From the NCBI RefSeq assembly GCF_964188315.1, contig NC_135668.1:31930001-31994000 (forward strand): DNA of 64,000 nucleotides, written 5' to 3'. Origin of the DNA: Podarcis muralis (taxonomy: Eukaryota). Every line of letters begins with the position of its first letter. The stretch's first letter is position 1. The notes under the pieces are model-generated. The model saw only the letters and a program-made list of their open reading frames with translations, had not been told where the DNA came from and did no database searches. Both the position numbers and the translations under genes were made by a program. Positions 48,301 through 58,591 of the stretch are shown one piece after another.

Positions 48301-51300
48301 CGCAGAGGAACTGCCCATAAATTTTCTGTTCGTAGCTAAGACGACAGGTGCCTCAGGCATGAGGCTGATTTAGCCAGAGATCTCGGGGTTGACCTTTGCT
48401 CAAAGACTAACCCGCATACAGAAGCTAAACTTAAAGCCAGTATCTGCAATACTCAGCCAAATAATTGAGACATCTACCATTTTTGCTACTGAGTAAATAA
48501 TTTCTCAGCAATTCTGAGGCATTCAAACTATTTTTAGTTTTATGGTATCTTGCAGCAATGTGCACCAATCTAACAGAGAAAATAAATTATTTGCATGCCT
48601 TGGAAAGCCAGCTAGCTGCAGCCTGATAAAACTTTGTGGCTGTATAAGGAAGCAATTTGTCCATGGATACCTTGACGAGACACAACAAGATGTCCCCTTA
48701 CCAAAATGTCTGCTGATGTGCTGGTCGAGGGAGCTGTGTTCCCGGAAGACTTCACTGCAGTAGGGGCACACCTGGCCCTCATCAGTCGCATCTGCATCTG
48801 GCTATGAGACAGAGGGGGGCAGCATAAGTACTTGACATTGCAAAAGCTTGAATCGGGATATCCTATTTGAAAGGCAGCATATGCCACTGTTAAAGCAGCA
48901 CTGAAGGCAGCAAAAGGGGGCCCAGCTCATGAGTTAACCCGTAAACAGCTGCACACCACCAAGACCTGTTGTCATGCATCAGCCAAACCTGACTTCAGGA
49001 GAGTGAGTTAACCTAAATACAGGAAAAGCAGCCACCCTGACAAACTTACAGTTTCTGCTTGCTCAATCTTCACATACTGCTCCCCACAAAGCTTCTCAGG
49101 CATCTCCACCTCTTCATTCTTTGACTCCTCTGCAACAGTCACCTCATTGGCTTCATCTGATTTGCTCGCCTCCTCCATGGACACCTGTTCTATCACAATC
49201 CCAGAATTCCTCATGGCTTCCCTCAGCAAGTTCTCATTGTCATCTCCCTCATGGGGCAGATCCTCGGGATTTGAAGGCTAAAGAAAACCAGGGACAGATG
49301 CAGGGCAGTTAACTGCAAAGTAGAGACCAATTGTTTTAGCCCCAGAAGTTGCTAAAAGCTCTCTCTTAAGCCAGCATTCCTCAGCCTTTTGAACTCAGGA
49401 AACCACTGGCATCTCTTCTCCCGGGCCCCACAACCCATCAGAAAATGCAAATGACTCCCAGAGAATGCCATATGCAAGGTTTAGATTAACATTTAACTCT
49501 TAGATGTTCCTTGCCTCTCTGCAATTTAGTTAGAACAGCCATTTTTGATGAAGCGACATTAAACCCCTACCACTGGGCCTGCTCACTACATAATCTTTTT
49601 ACCCTTTGCAATTTTACACTTACACCCACTCAGTGGTGGCCCATCTTACAATTTGAGACCCTCTCTCTTAAACAGAAAAACCAAACTGTTAGCAAACTGA
49701 TCTCAGATGCCTGTGCAGAGCGCACCAAAAGTTCTCAAATTTCTAAAGAGGGAGACATTATTTAGAACCGCTTGCTTTCTTGCAGATGAGCTTTGAGTTT
49801 TGATGCCTTGTGTTGGGCTTGATATTCTCCTTTAGAATTTTCTTTCCACCTAGCCCCTTGAGACTGGTCAGGCATGTTGTCTCATCATGCCAAACCCATA
49901 GCTGGAAATCAGTGTGTGTCTCTAAGCCAAATGCCAACCTTCCCCTCATCATGGGTGGCACTAACCTCTTGGCCCAACAATTTCTCCTCTGTGATTGGGA
50001 GCTCCTGCACCTGGACGTGGACTTCATGGAGGACATTCCCTTTTGCATCCGTCACTAAATGAATCACAGGAGGGGACTCCACAGACTGAGCTGCTAGCGA
50101 GGGAACAGCCTCTACAGTGGAGTCATTTGACCCTTCAAGAAAAGCAGCAAACAGGAGTCTCAGCAAGCAGCCTAGCTCCCAAATACAACTTCCCACTTTG
50201 AGGTCTTCTCTTTCCCCAGTATCCAAAGCAATTTCCTCTGTTTGCATTATTTCTGCATTTACATGATGCTTTCAAATTGTTGAAGTACTTCAAACACCAT
50301 CTTGTTTACAAGCAACTATTTAAAGTAGGCATGTTGCGGAATGCCTAAGGCCTCCTAGAGGCAAGATTTGGATTTCTGTATTCAGGGCCTGATTGTTTTG
50401 CCACCATGCTAATCAACAAGAAAAGGCCTCTCAGAAAACAGAGGCAAAGTCACAAAGGACATCCCACACGTGAGGTCAGAAATGTCCCACCTTACTCAAC
50501 TGCCTTCTAGATCTGCCATAAACACAAGCTGTATCTTGCTTTGGACCAACAGAAAATATTTTCAATGAAAGACAACAAAACTGTACAAACAGCAGGGCAA
50601 GCTGCTGGTCTTTTCACTGACCTGCTGCTAAATCCTCTTTGCTCACAACTATTTCCTTGTTCATATTGAAGCGGGTTTTCTCAGTACAAGGTGTCAAGGA
50701 TTTCAGGTGCCGGGTCAAGGCTCCTGACTCTCGGAAGCTTTTCCCACATTTCTTGCACTTGTACGGACGCTCATCTTAACAGGTTGAGAAGTAAAAGACA
50801 AGAGTTATGACATGGAAGAAAATGGCCCATGGACTCCAGCTAAGAAATTTTTCCTCTTCTGCTTCTCTCAGAAAAGGAAGCAGATGGGGATGACGTGACT
50901 GGATCCCGATGGGATGCTCCTTTCATAGCATCTACAGTAGGCATCCTTTTGGCAGTGCTAGCAAACTGGAGCCTTAGTGCATGGCTCTCATGCCTTCCAT
51001 TGTCGCCAGCAGAGGGGGTTTGTCCGTTCTGACTCAATCATTATACACCAACAAGCACTGAGGGGTTTTCTACACACGTAGCACCATCATGGATTTTATA
51101 ACAAACCAATCTGTCCTCTCACCTGTATGGCGACGATGGTGTCTGATCAGCGAGCCCTTGGTCCTGAAAGATGTCCCACATATCTTACACTCATAATCCT
51201 TCCTGCTGCTGTGAGTGATCATGTGAGCTTTGAGGATGCTGGCCTGGAGCAAGGAGAAAGGAACTATTGGTGATGCTGCCAGGCACACAGATCACCTGTT

Positions 51301-54300
51301 TTAACCAATGGAGAATTTCAAGCTGTAGCTACACAAGCACACACATATATTCACACAAAAACACACACACAGTTGTACCTCGGAAGTCGAACGGAATCCA
51401 TTCTGGAAGTCCATTCGACTTCCAAAACATTCAGGAACCAAGGCACAGCTTCCGATGGGCTGCAGGAAGCTCCTGCAGCCCATCGGAAGCCACAACAGAC
51501 GTTCAGGTTCCAAAGAACGTTCACAAACCGCAACAATCACTTCCGGGTTTGCACCATTTGGGAGCCAAAACATTCAACTCGCAAGGCGTTTGACTTCCGA
51601 GGTACGACTGTACAGTGGTGCCTCGCAAGACGAAAAGACTCCGTTCCGCGATTCTCTTCGTCTAGCGAAGCAACCCCATTAGCGGCTAAGCGGATTAGCG
51701 CTATTAGCGGTTTAGCGGCTATTAAAGGCTTAGCGGCTTAGCTGCTAAAAGGCTATTAGCGGCTTAGCGGCTTAGAAAAAGGGGGGGAAAGCAGGGGGGA
51801 AATGGCGAGACTCGCAAGACGTTTTCGTCTTGCGAAGCAAGCCCATAGGGAAAATCGTCTTGCGAAGCGCATCGCAAATGGAAAACCCTTTCGTCTAGCG
51901 GGTTTTCCGTCTTGCGAGGCATTCGTCTTGCGGGGCACCACTGTATAGGCAAAAACGATGGAGTATACATAAAAATTAAAATTGTTTCGATTTTGAAGGT
52001 TTGGCAACATTTTACTTGTATTCAGATTCGGGTTTTTTACTTGTCTATTGCAAGCCACCCAAATGCTATGAATAAATAAATCTATAATTAAATAAATGCA
52101 AATCTCTACAGTATTTTCTCATTTGTCCAGCACTATCTTATACGATCTGGTACAAACTTCAAACATACCGTTTTGAATGTCTTGTGGCACAGTTCACAGA
52201 CGTATCGGCCTTCTTTATTAACCAGCAGCTTAACTTTGATGAGCTCCATGGAGGCCCCTTCTTCTGGGCCTTCAGGACTGTCCTGCCCCTCTCCAGTGTC
52301 ACCATCAATATGGCCATTTGGGCTTTCAAATACATGGTCTCCGGCTACAATGACTTCTTTGATGTGCCCACTACCTGCAACCACAACACCACACAGTAAA
52401 CCAGATACTATCAAACATACAAACTATCAAAGTCTGCCTAAAGGTCTTATGACAATGACCATTTTGATCCTTGTCATAATACTGTCTTGCATAATTTTTT
52501 CACTTTTTCACTGCAAGTGCATTTGATAGTTTTACCAAGTTATTCCTCACAACCCCAAATTCTCTTTCCTGGACAGCCAGTTCATTGCACCCAGAACTTG
52601 TGGTTCTCTTTGTTATTCTCCTAACTTATGTGCCTCAGTTTATACTCGGCTTACATTGAACCTCATTTGCCGTTCTGCTGACTGTTCATCTGGTTTGGAG
52701 AGCCTATCACATTTCTCATTGTTTGCTTGGATTTTCACCATCCTGCATAATTTGGTTTCATCTGGAAACTTTGCTACTTCATCAAACCCCAGGTTAATTA
52801 TTAGAGTTAAACAGCTTGGGTCCCTGAGCAACAACACTGCATTTTCCTGTGTTGTGAGAACTGTTTACTCCTACAATCTTTTTGCTGTTCTTTCACCAGC
52901 TACCTATCCCCATGACAAGCTGTGAATGAAAAGGTAACTTAGGAACTTTTATTAGGGGGGGGTTGTCAAAGGATTATGGAATTCAAGCTTATACTGTTTG
53001 ATTCACCTTTATGTACTTTCTACAAGTTTATTGACACACTCAAAATACCTCAGAAACTTTGGTGAACCTACCTAGTATTGCAGATGTATTGCTGATTTCT
53101 TCTGTTATTGGAGAAGCTTCAACAACTATATGAGCTACAGTTATAGGCTCTTCAACAGATGAAATGACCTGTACAGCAAACTGAGTTTTAGTAAAGGAAT
53201 GCATATTGCAGTAGTTATAGCCAAACAGTGAGATGCAAAATTAAAAATATTTCTCTGCTCACACTTTATTCACTCTTCCTCAAAGTGATGGGGAATTTCC
53301 CTAGTGCAGCCAAACACTTAAGAGGTTTGTTGTCTGCACCAATCAAGTGCTGCTTGCAAAGGAACACCTGGGAACTCCTTTTGAGGTTCAGTGGTTCCTT
53401 TGGAATCATGTTCTTAGATGCCTTAAAACTTGACATCAGGTGCGGAGGTGTGCTTTGGGGGAAATGGCCTCAGAAGTCAAACTAGGACCCATGCCAGGAC
53501 CAATTAGGCCCACTGGCCAGAGGCTTCCCACTACTGATTTCAACAGTAGTCAGTTGACTTACCCTGCCACTCTTGCAGTAGGACTTAAAAAAGACATCTC
53601 TGTGAATTTTCCAGGCATCAAACCTAAGCCTCCCTCAAATCCATCCAGTAATTACACAAAACTACTAGAGCAATATTGTCATGCTTTTCCCCCACCCACT
53701 GCCCTCAATGAGAAAACTTGTTCTATCAAGCTGTCTCAGGGCTAGAAGAGAATCCAGCCATCGCCATCCCCACATCCTGCCTCAGGAAACTTGCCGGGGT
53801 TGTTACTGCTGTAGTATCTTGCTGCCTCTGGCAAAGCTTTTGTAATTTGTGCTGTACAAATTCTTCCAAAGAAGTGAACTCAGACTGGCACCGACCACAC
53901 TTGTGCCTGTCATCTTCATCTAAAATTCAAAGGATAAGAAAACTGTCACCATCTTCAGATGGAATAACAAGACTATTTAAAGACAAAGCGTTCAGACCAG
54001 CTAACTTATATTGGTTTCTAGCTTATATTGGTCATTATATGATTGGAAGGAAGTTGTATAAATTGTTACCTAAGCACTGATAGGATAGCTTGAAGACATA
54101 CCCTGACATAAAAGCATCCAGTAAATATGAAAAAACAAGCTAAGAAGAATTTAACATTGATTAAGATTTGAACATGATTTTGCAATGCTTAATAAGGGTC
54201 AAGTGCAAAAAGGGGCAGAGCTCCTGCACCCTAAAAAAGCTGTGTAGAAGAGAATTTCAATACAGCAGATTGCACAACAAGTTACACTGCTGAAATCCCC

Positions 54301-55175
54301 ATTCCCAGCACTTCCACTGTCCTCTCTTAAATGTGACCATGAAATGCATGCTTTCTCAGAGAAAAGATGTAGGCAGGAGCTATTTTACAACTGAGCAACT
54401 CTGGCTAAGAAATAAGTCTGTCATGTTTCTTTCCTGACACAGGCACATTAGCAGAAGCAGTGTTCCTGATCATTCTCATCCAGGCTGCGGTTTAAAATAA
54501 CAGGTTTTGGGTTAGATTAAAAAGAAGTGAAACTTCAGGGATATAGACTCTGAAAGCTCAGTGCGGCTTTCGCAGACCTGCCACCCTCCAGATGTCTTGG
54601 ACTACAACTCCCATCAACCTCAAGCATGCCCACGTTGACTGAGGCTCATGAGAGTAGTAGTTCTGAGAGTTGTAGAGGCTGGAAGCGAGAACCTGACAGG
54701 AGGCTGCGTGGCACCCTTTTCTCGAGGCTCAACCAACTTTTTGCCTGCAAGTGAGTGGCACGCTTGCCATTCCTCGCTCCAAAGCAGGAGGAGCGCAGGC
54801 GCGACACCGTAATTCTCAGGAGAGAGGGGCTTCCACTCTCCCATCGTATTGGACCTTCGCCTTTATTGGGTGGTTTAACGAGCTGCTGCATCGACATGCC
54901 CAAGAGCGGGCTGCGAAAAGAGCTGAGGGGACCACGGGCACCCCTTCCTCCTCGGGAGGAACATTACTTTACAGAGTAAGAGACCCCTCCCCTCCCCCGC
55001 ATCCCTGCCTGCCTGCCAAGCCGGTACCTTCTTCATCGAAAGGCGCCGGGAGACTGAGGAAGGCGGCGGGCCCCTGGTTCGCGCCGGAGACCGCCTCAGC
55101 CGCACACTCCTGTCCCCGTGGCCCAACTGCCGTAAGCCCCGCCGGCCCAGCACTCGTTGCCATCGCGGCCTCCAT
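44950..55175 (-). CDS. E4F1: Transcription factor E4F1, join(55175..55028, 53919..53774, 53168..53072, 52374..52169, 51243..51123, 50774..50622, 50132..49966, 49277..49050, 48801..48702, 48181..47964, 47411..47213, 46697..46537, 46174..46112, 45303..44950), 786 aa
   Basis: 2361-nt frame with consistent phases. C2H2 fingers (YVCELCHKTFKT, YECKICGTSFRTKGSLIRHHRRH, FRCGDCGKLYKTIAHVKGHRRVH, FKCYKCGRGFAEHGTLNRHLRTK) and C-terminal EVQTVIV match recalled E4F1. Confidence 0.96.
46112..46174 (-). CDS. E4F1: E4F1 exon 13 (63 nt)
   Basis: cttttag|ACAGCT...CATGAG|gtaggt. TATEEMETTEAAEIIEGTRHE. Confidence 0.92.
46537..46697 (-). CDS. E4F1: E4F1 exon 12 (161 nt)
   Basis: cacctag|GTGGCTGT...ATTGAG|gtagct. 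Contains EDPPTVLVEFSSVVADTQEYIIE. Confidence 0.92.
47213..47411 (-). CDS. E4F1: E4F1 exon 11 (199 nt, zinc fingers)
   Basis: cctgcag|AATGCC...AAAG|gtaagg. NAQQVHFRTH...HLRTK. Confidence 0.96.
47964..48181 (-). CDS. E4F1: E4F1 exon 10 (218 nt, zinc fingers)
   Basis: gcccag|ACTAC...ACGAAG|gtagga. YKPFPCEECGKGF...KRYKTK. Confidence 0.96.
48702..48801 (-). CDS. E4F1: E4F1 exon 9 (100 nt, one C2H2 finger)
   Basis: ctcatag|CCAGAT...TTTG|gtaagg. VCPYCSEVFREHSSLDQHISRHF. Confidence 0.88.
49050..49277 (-). CDS. E4F1: E4F1 exon 8 (228 nt)
   Basis: ttctttag|CCTTCA...GAAACT|gtaagt. Contains NLLREAMRNSGIVIE. Confidence 0.9.
49966..50132 (-). CDS. E4F1: E4F1 exon 7 (167 nt)
   Basis: tcttgaag|GGTCA...CAAGAG|gttagt. 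Contains PVIHLVTDAKGNVLHEVHVQ. Confidence 0.92.
50622..50774 (-). CDS. E4F1: E4F1 exon 6 (153 nt)
   Basis: gttaag|ATGAGCGT...GCAG|gtcagt. ERPYKCKKCGKSFRESGALTRHLKSLTPCTEK. Confidence 0.93.
51123..51243 (-). CDS. E4F1: E4F1 exon 5 (121 nt)
   Basis: ctccag|GCCAGC...ACAG|gtgaga. ASILKAHMITHSSRKDYECKICG...HHRRHT. Confidence 0.95.
51370..51610. mobile_element. Tc1/mariner MITE with a central perfect palindrome
   Basis: TIR CAGTTGTACCTCGGAAGTC / GACTTCCGAGGTACGACTG; the right TA is shared with the next element. Confidence 0.85.
51613..51943. mobile_element. Tc1/mariner MITE with internal TTAGCGGC repeats
   Basis: TA TSD, 22-bp TIR CAGTGGTGCC(T/C)CGCAAGACGAA. Confidence 0.9.
52169..52374 (-). CDS. 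E4F1: E4F1 exon 4 (206 nt)
   Basis: gttgcag|GTAGT...AAAACG|gtatgt. GHIKEVIVA...VKLLVNKEGRYVCELCHKTFKT. Confidence 0.94.
52560..52830 (-). mobile_element. CR1 RT remnant
   Basis: LGFDEVAKFPDETKLCRMVK resembles the CR1 KFADDTKL motif. Confidence 0.65.
53072..53168 (-). CDS. E4F1: E4F1 exon 3 (97 nt)
   Basis: ctgtacag|GTCATT...CTAG|gtaggt. Contains EEPITVAHIVVEA. Confidence 0.93.
53774..53919 (-). CDS. E4F1: E4F1 exon 2 (146 nt)
   Basis: attttag|ATGAAGAT. EDDRHKCGRCQSEFTSLEEFVQHKLQKLC. The donor GAT|gtgggg is weaker and was placed by phase and homology. Confidence 0.85.
55028..55175 (-). CDS. E4F1: E4F1 exon 1, coding part
   Basis: MEAAMATSAG...FLSLPAPFDEE, donor GAAG|gtaccg. A weaker in-frame ATG lies at 55196. 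Confidence 0.9.
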
Positions 55176-55708
55176 GTCGCAAGGCGCCGCAACCATCAAG
55201 ATGGCGGCTTTACGGCCGTGTCGTCATAACAACGAGCCCGGCGCCGCCACGGGGCGGGGCCGCAGAGCCCGAACTTTTGCCAATTGAGGCGAAGCTCGGG
55301 GTTTCCTCTCCTCAGCTCACCTGAAGTGGGCAGAACCACCACGGCGCCGCAGCCAATGAGGAGCAAGGGCGGAAAGGCTCTATTTCGGCTAGGCCAATGG
55401 GAACCTGGCAAATGCGGACGAAGCCCGAGCAAATGAAGCGAGGAGACGGCGTCTCACCCAATAGCAAAGTGGCTTCGCTTCATCTCGGCCAATAAGCAGC
55501 TACGGCGGGCGGGGCTCAGGCAGAGGTCTAAAGGCTGCGGTCACCTCACTCTCTCCCTCAAGGCGCAAGATGAGGCGGAGCCTGAAAAGCCGGCCCCGCC
55601 CAATCAGCGCCAGCTCGCGCCGCCTCCCAGCCAATCGACGTCGAGGAGAAGTCGTGAGAAGAAAGCAGCGCCGGTTTCTCTCAGTCCGTCCATCTGAGGA
55701 GGTCCGCG
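55176..55708. promoter_or_regulatory. Bidirectional CpG-island promoter of E4F1 and PGP
   Basis: 533 bp between divergent start codons, CpG-rich. Seven plus-strand CCAAT boxes, GC boxes, and a YY1 consensus CAAGATGGCGGC at 55197-55208. Confidence 0.9.
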
Positions 55709-58591
55709 ATGGCGAAGCGGTGCGAACGGCTGGGAACGTCGGCCGCGGCGCGGTCGGCGCTACGGGACGCGGAGGCGGTGCTGTTCGACTGCGACGGGGT
55801 GCTGTGGCGGGGCGAGGCGGCGATTCCCGGGGCGGCGGAGGCGCTGTGCCGCCTGGCGGGCGCCGGGAAGCAGCTGTGCTACGTGACCAATAACTCTTCG
55901 CGCACGCGCCAGGCCTACGTGGAGAAGTTGCAGCGCCTGGGCTTCCCGCCGGCCGAGACGCGGCAGGTCTTCGGCTCCGCCTACTGCGCCGCGCGCTACT
56001 TGAGCCACGCCCTTCCTGCGGGAGGCGCCGCCTACGTGCTGGGCGGGGCCGCTCTCAGCGCCGAGCTGGAGGCGGTGGGCGTGGCGCACCTGGGCGCGGG
56101 CCCCGCCCCCGAGCCGGGGTCCGCCAACTTTGGCTCCCGCGCCCCGCTGGATCCTTCTGTGCGGGCGGTGCTGGTGGGCTACGACGAGCACTTCAGCTAC
56201 GGCAAGCTTTGCCTGGCCCTGCGCTACCTGATGCGCGACGGGTGTCTCCTGGTGGGCACCAACCGGGACAACCGTCTGCCGCTCGAGGGAGGGAGCGCCG
56301 TTCCCGGTGCGTAAACGCGTGTTGTTGTGTATGTGTGCGCGCTCCCGCGCGCTTAAGTGCGTCAGACCGCATTTGAGCTCCAGCTGAGCGCGACCGTCCG
56401 GAAGGGCACAGGTGGCTGAGCGAGCATAGGACGTGACGGAGGACACGTTCACACGCTCACATTTAAAGCGCTACAATATCACTTGAACAGCCATAGTTTT
56501 CCCTAAAGAAAGCTGGGAGTTGTGGTTTAAAGGTGCCGAGAGTTGTCAGTAGACCTCTAGTTGCCTCAGTTCACAGTGTAGTGTGACAATCAGTCCCTCT
56601 TCCCAGGGAGCTCTGGGAATTGTAGATATGTGAAGCGAAGGGTGGTCTAGCAATGCTCAGCACCCTTAACAATCTATGGCTACCATAAGTCTTTGGGCAA
56701 AGCCACAACTAATTAAAGTGGTGTACTGCTTTAAATGTATGGTATGAATGTGGCCTGGGTCTGGCTATATCTGAGTGCATGCAGAATGTGATGGGCCCAG
56801 AGAGACCTAGGCTGAGTAAGCAAGTAAGCAAAGTGTCTCCCTTGCCTTTCCCCTGCAGGAATGTTGCTTTTTAATGTTTTGTTATACTGACCTTGTATTG
56901 GAAGCCATTTTTGAAATCTAGCCCAATTTTTATCATCACTACCCTGTTGAGATAGATTACGTAGTCCAAAATCACTCAGTGAGCTTCATAGAGAGCTTCA
57001 TCTCAGGTCAAAACTAACCCTCATCCCAAGCTTCCTCTAGCCCATTTGTTCAATTCATGTTGGCCCTCATTAGTATGGCTAAGTGTGAGGAATGATGGGA
57101 GCTGTAATAGGAACAGAGAATGCTCCCTTATACTTAGATCATTAGCCTCTCTAGTTCAGGACCTGCCACATTGACTGGTAACTGCTTTCCATGATCAGTA
57201 CTTTTACGGTATGTGGGCTGCACGCTGCAACAACCTTTCCCAACTTAGTGCCCTTCAGGTGTTGCTTGGCAAATGGCTGTAACTTAATAGTAGAGCTCTT
57301 GTCCTGCATGCAGAATGTGCCAAATTCAGTTTTTGGATTATGTATTGGAAGCTGTGACTCCATCTGTCTTTCACCTGATGTCACATTTGGTGTGTGTGTG
57401 GTAGGTGTTCATTCATGGTTCGGGGGAAATGGCCTCGTGAGCCAATCTGGAACCCATGCCAGGCCTAATTAGGCCCATGGGTCATAGGGTCTCCATGTCT
57501 GGGTTGGGCAAAGAGTTTGAGACTTGAAAAGCAGAAGCAGAGATACCATTGGTAGTGGGTGAACACACATGAAAGAGAAGGAGGAGGCCTAAAATGAAGA
57601 CAAAGTTCTGATTGGATGCAGACAGGTGGAGGCCTTTCTGATGAGGAGGATCTTGTTAGACCCACCACACAAGCTGCTTCCTGATATGTGGGCAGATGTT
57701 TTCATTAAAAAAATGTTTAATGTCTTTTGCCTCTGCTCTAGAACCTCAGCCCCTTAAAGGTAGCCTCACAGTTGTTTTGCTCTCAATTGGGTCTCTTCCC
57801 AACTCTTTCAAGCATTTGTCACACACCATGGCATGACCATCCTATGTCAGTCTTTAGCTGTGGGGGTTGTCCAGTGGGATGTACCAACTAGTGGCTGTTG
57901 TGGAGTACCAGCAACTACTTTAAAATGGTGCAGAGATTAGGATAAATGTGTGGGCTGGGGGTGGGTGGGATCATTTGTGAGGCTTGGCAGATTTGACCTG
58001 AAAGATTGCATTTAACATTTCTGAGGAACAGGACTTTACATTGTTCAGCCAATGTGGGAGTGACACTGTTTTCTGTATGATTCCCTGCTTGAGTATTGCT
58101 CAGCGCATGACTAGTGTTTGCCTTCTTTAGTAGTACAACATAGCTGGGTTCTCACAGCTGGCTTCCCCCACTGACAGGCTTTATAGACTACTGAGATGAG
58201 TTTGGGGTTTGCACTTGTTCCTCAGTGCTGTATCTGGCTCACAATTGCTTTGCTTCTCTTTTTAGGAACTGGCTGCCTTGTCAAAGCAGTGGAGACAGCA
58301 GCAGAGCGTGAAGCATTCATCATTGGCAAGCCCAGCCGCTACATCTTTGAGTGTGTGGGCAAGGAGTTCAACATCGATCCTGCTCGCACCATCATGGTCG
58401 GCGACCGCTTGGACACAGACATCCTCATGGGCAACAACTGCGGCTTGACAACTCTTCTGACCCTCACAGGGGTCTCTACCCTAGAAGAAGTAAAAGGTCA
58501 CTTAGAGAGTGACTGTCCTGAGCGGAAAAACCTAGTCCCTGATTACTATGTTGATAGCATAGCCGACCTTCTCCCCATCCTCCAGGATTAA
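55709..58591 (+). CDS. PGP: Phosphoglycolate / glycerol-3-phosphate phosphatase (HAD family), join(55709..56306, 58266..58591), 307 aa
   Basis: HAD motifs [18 protein letters not shown] and [13 protein letters not shown] matches the PGP-type specificity loop rather than PDXP. Junction CCCG|gtgcgt...tttag|GAACT; divergent from E4F1 as in human. Confidence 0.96.
56441..56756. mobile_element. Degenerate palindromic MITE in the PGP intron; relatives at about 3740-4070 and 26010-26395
   Basis: Inverted ends ACATTTAAAGC / GCTTTAAATGT and a shared core across copies. Confidence 0.6.

Noticed and set aside
51678-51775. Short spaced TTAGCGGC repeats, superficially CRISPR-like
   Set aside because: Eukaryotic DNA, no unique spacers or cas genes, and the repeats sit inside a MITE.
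55760-56452. 230-aa minus-strand ORF
   Set aside because: Antisense shadow of the GC3-rich PGP exon 1.
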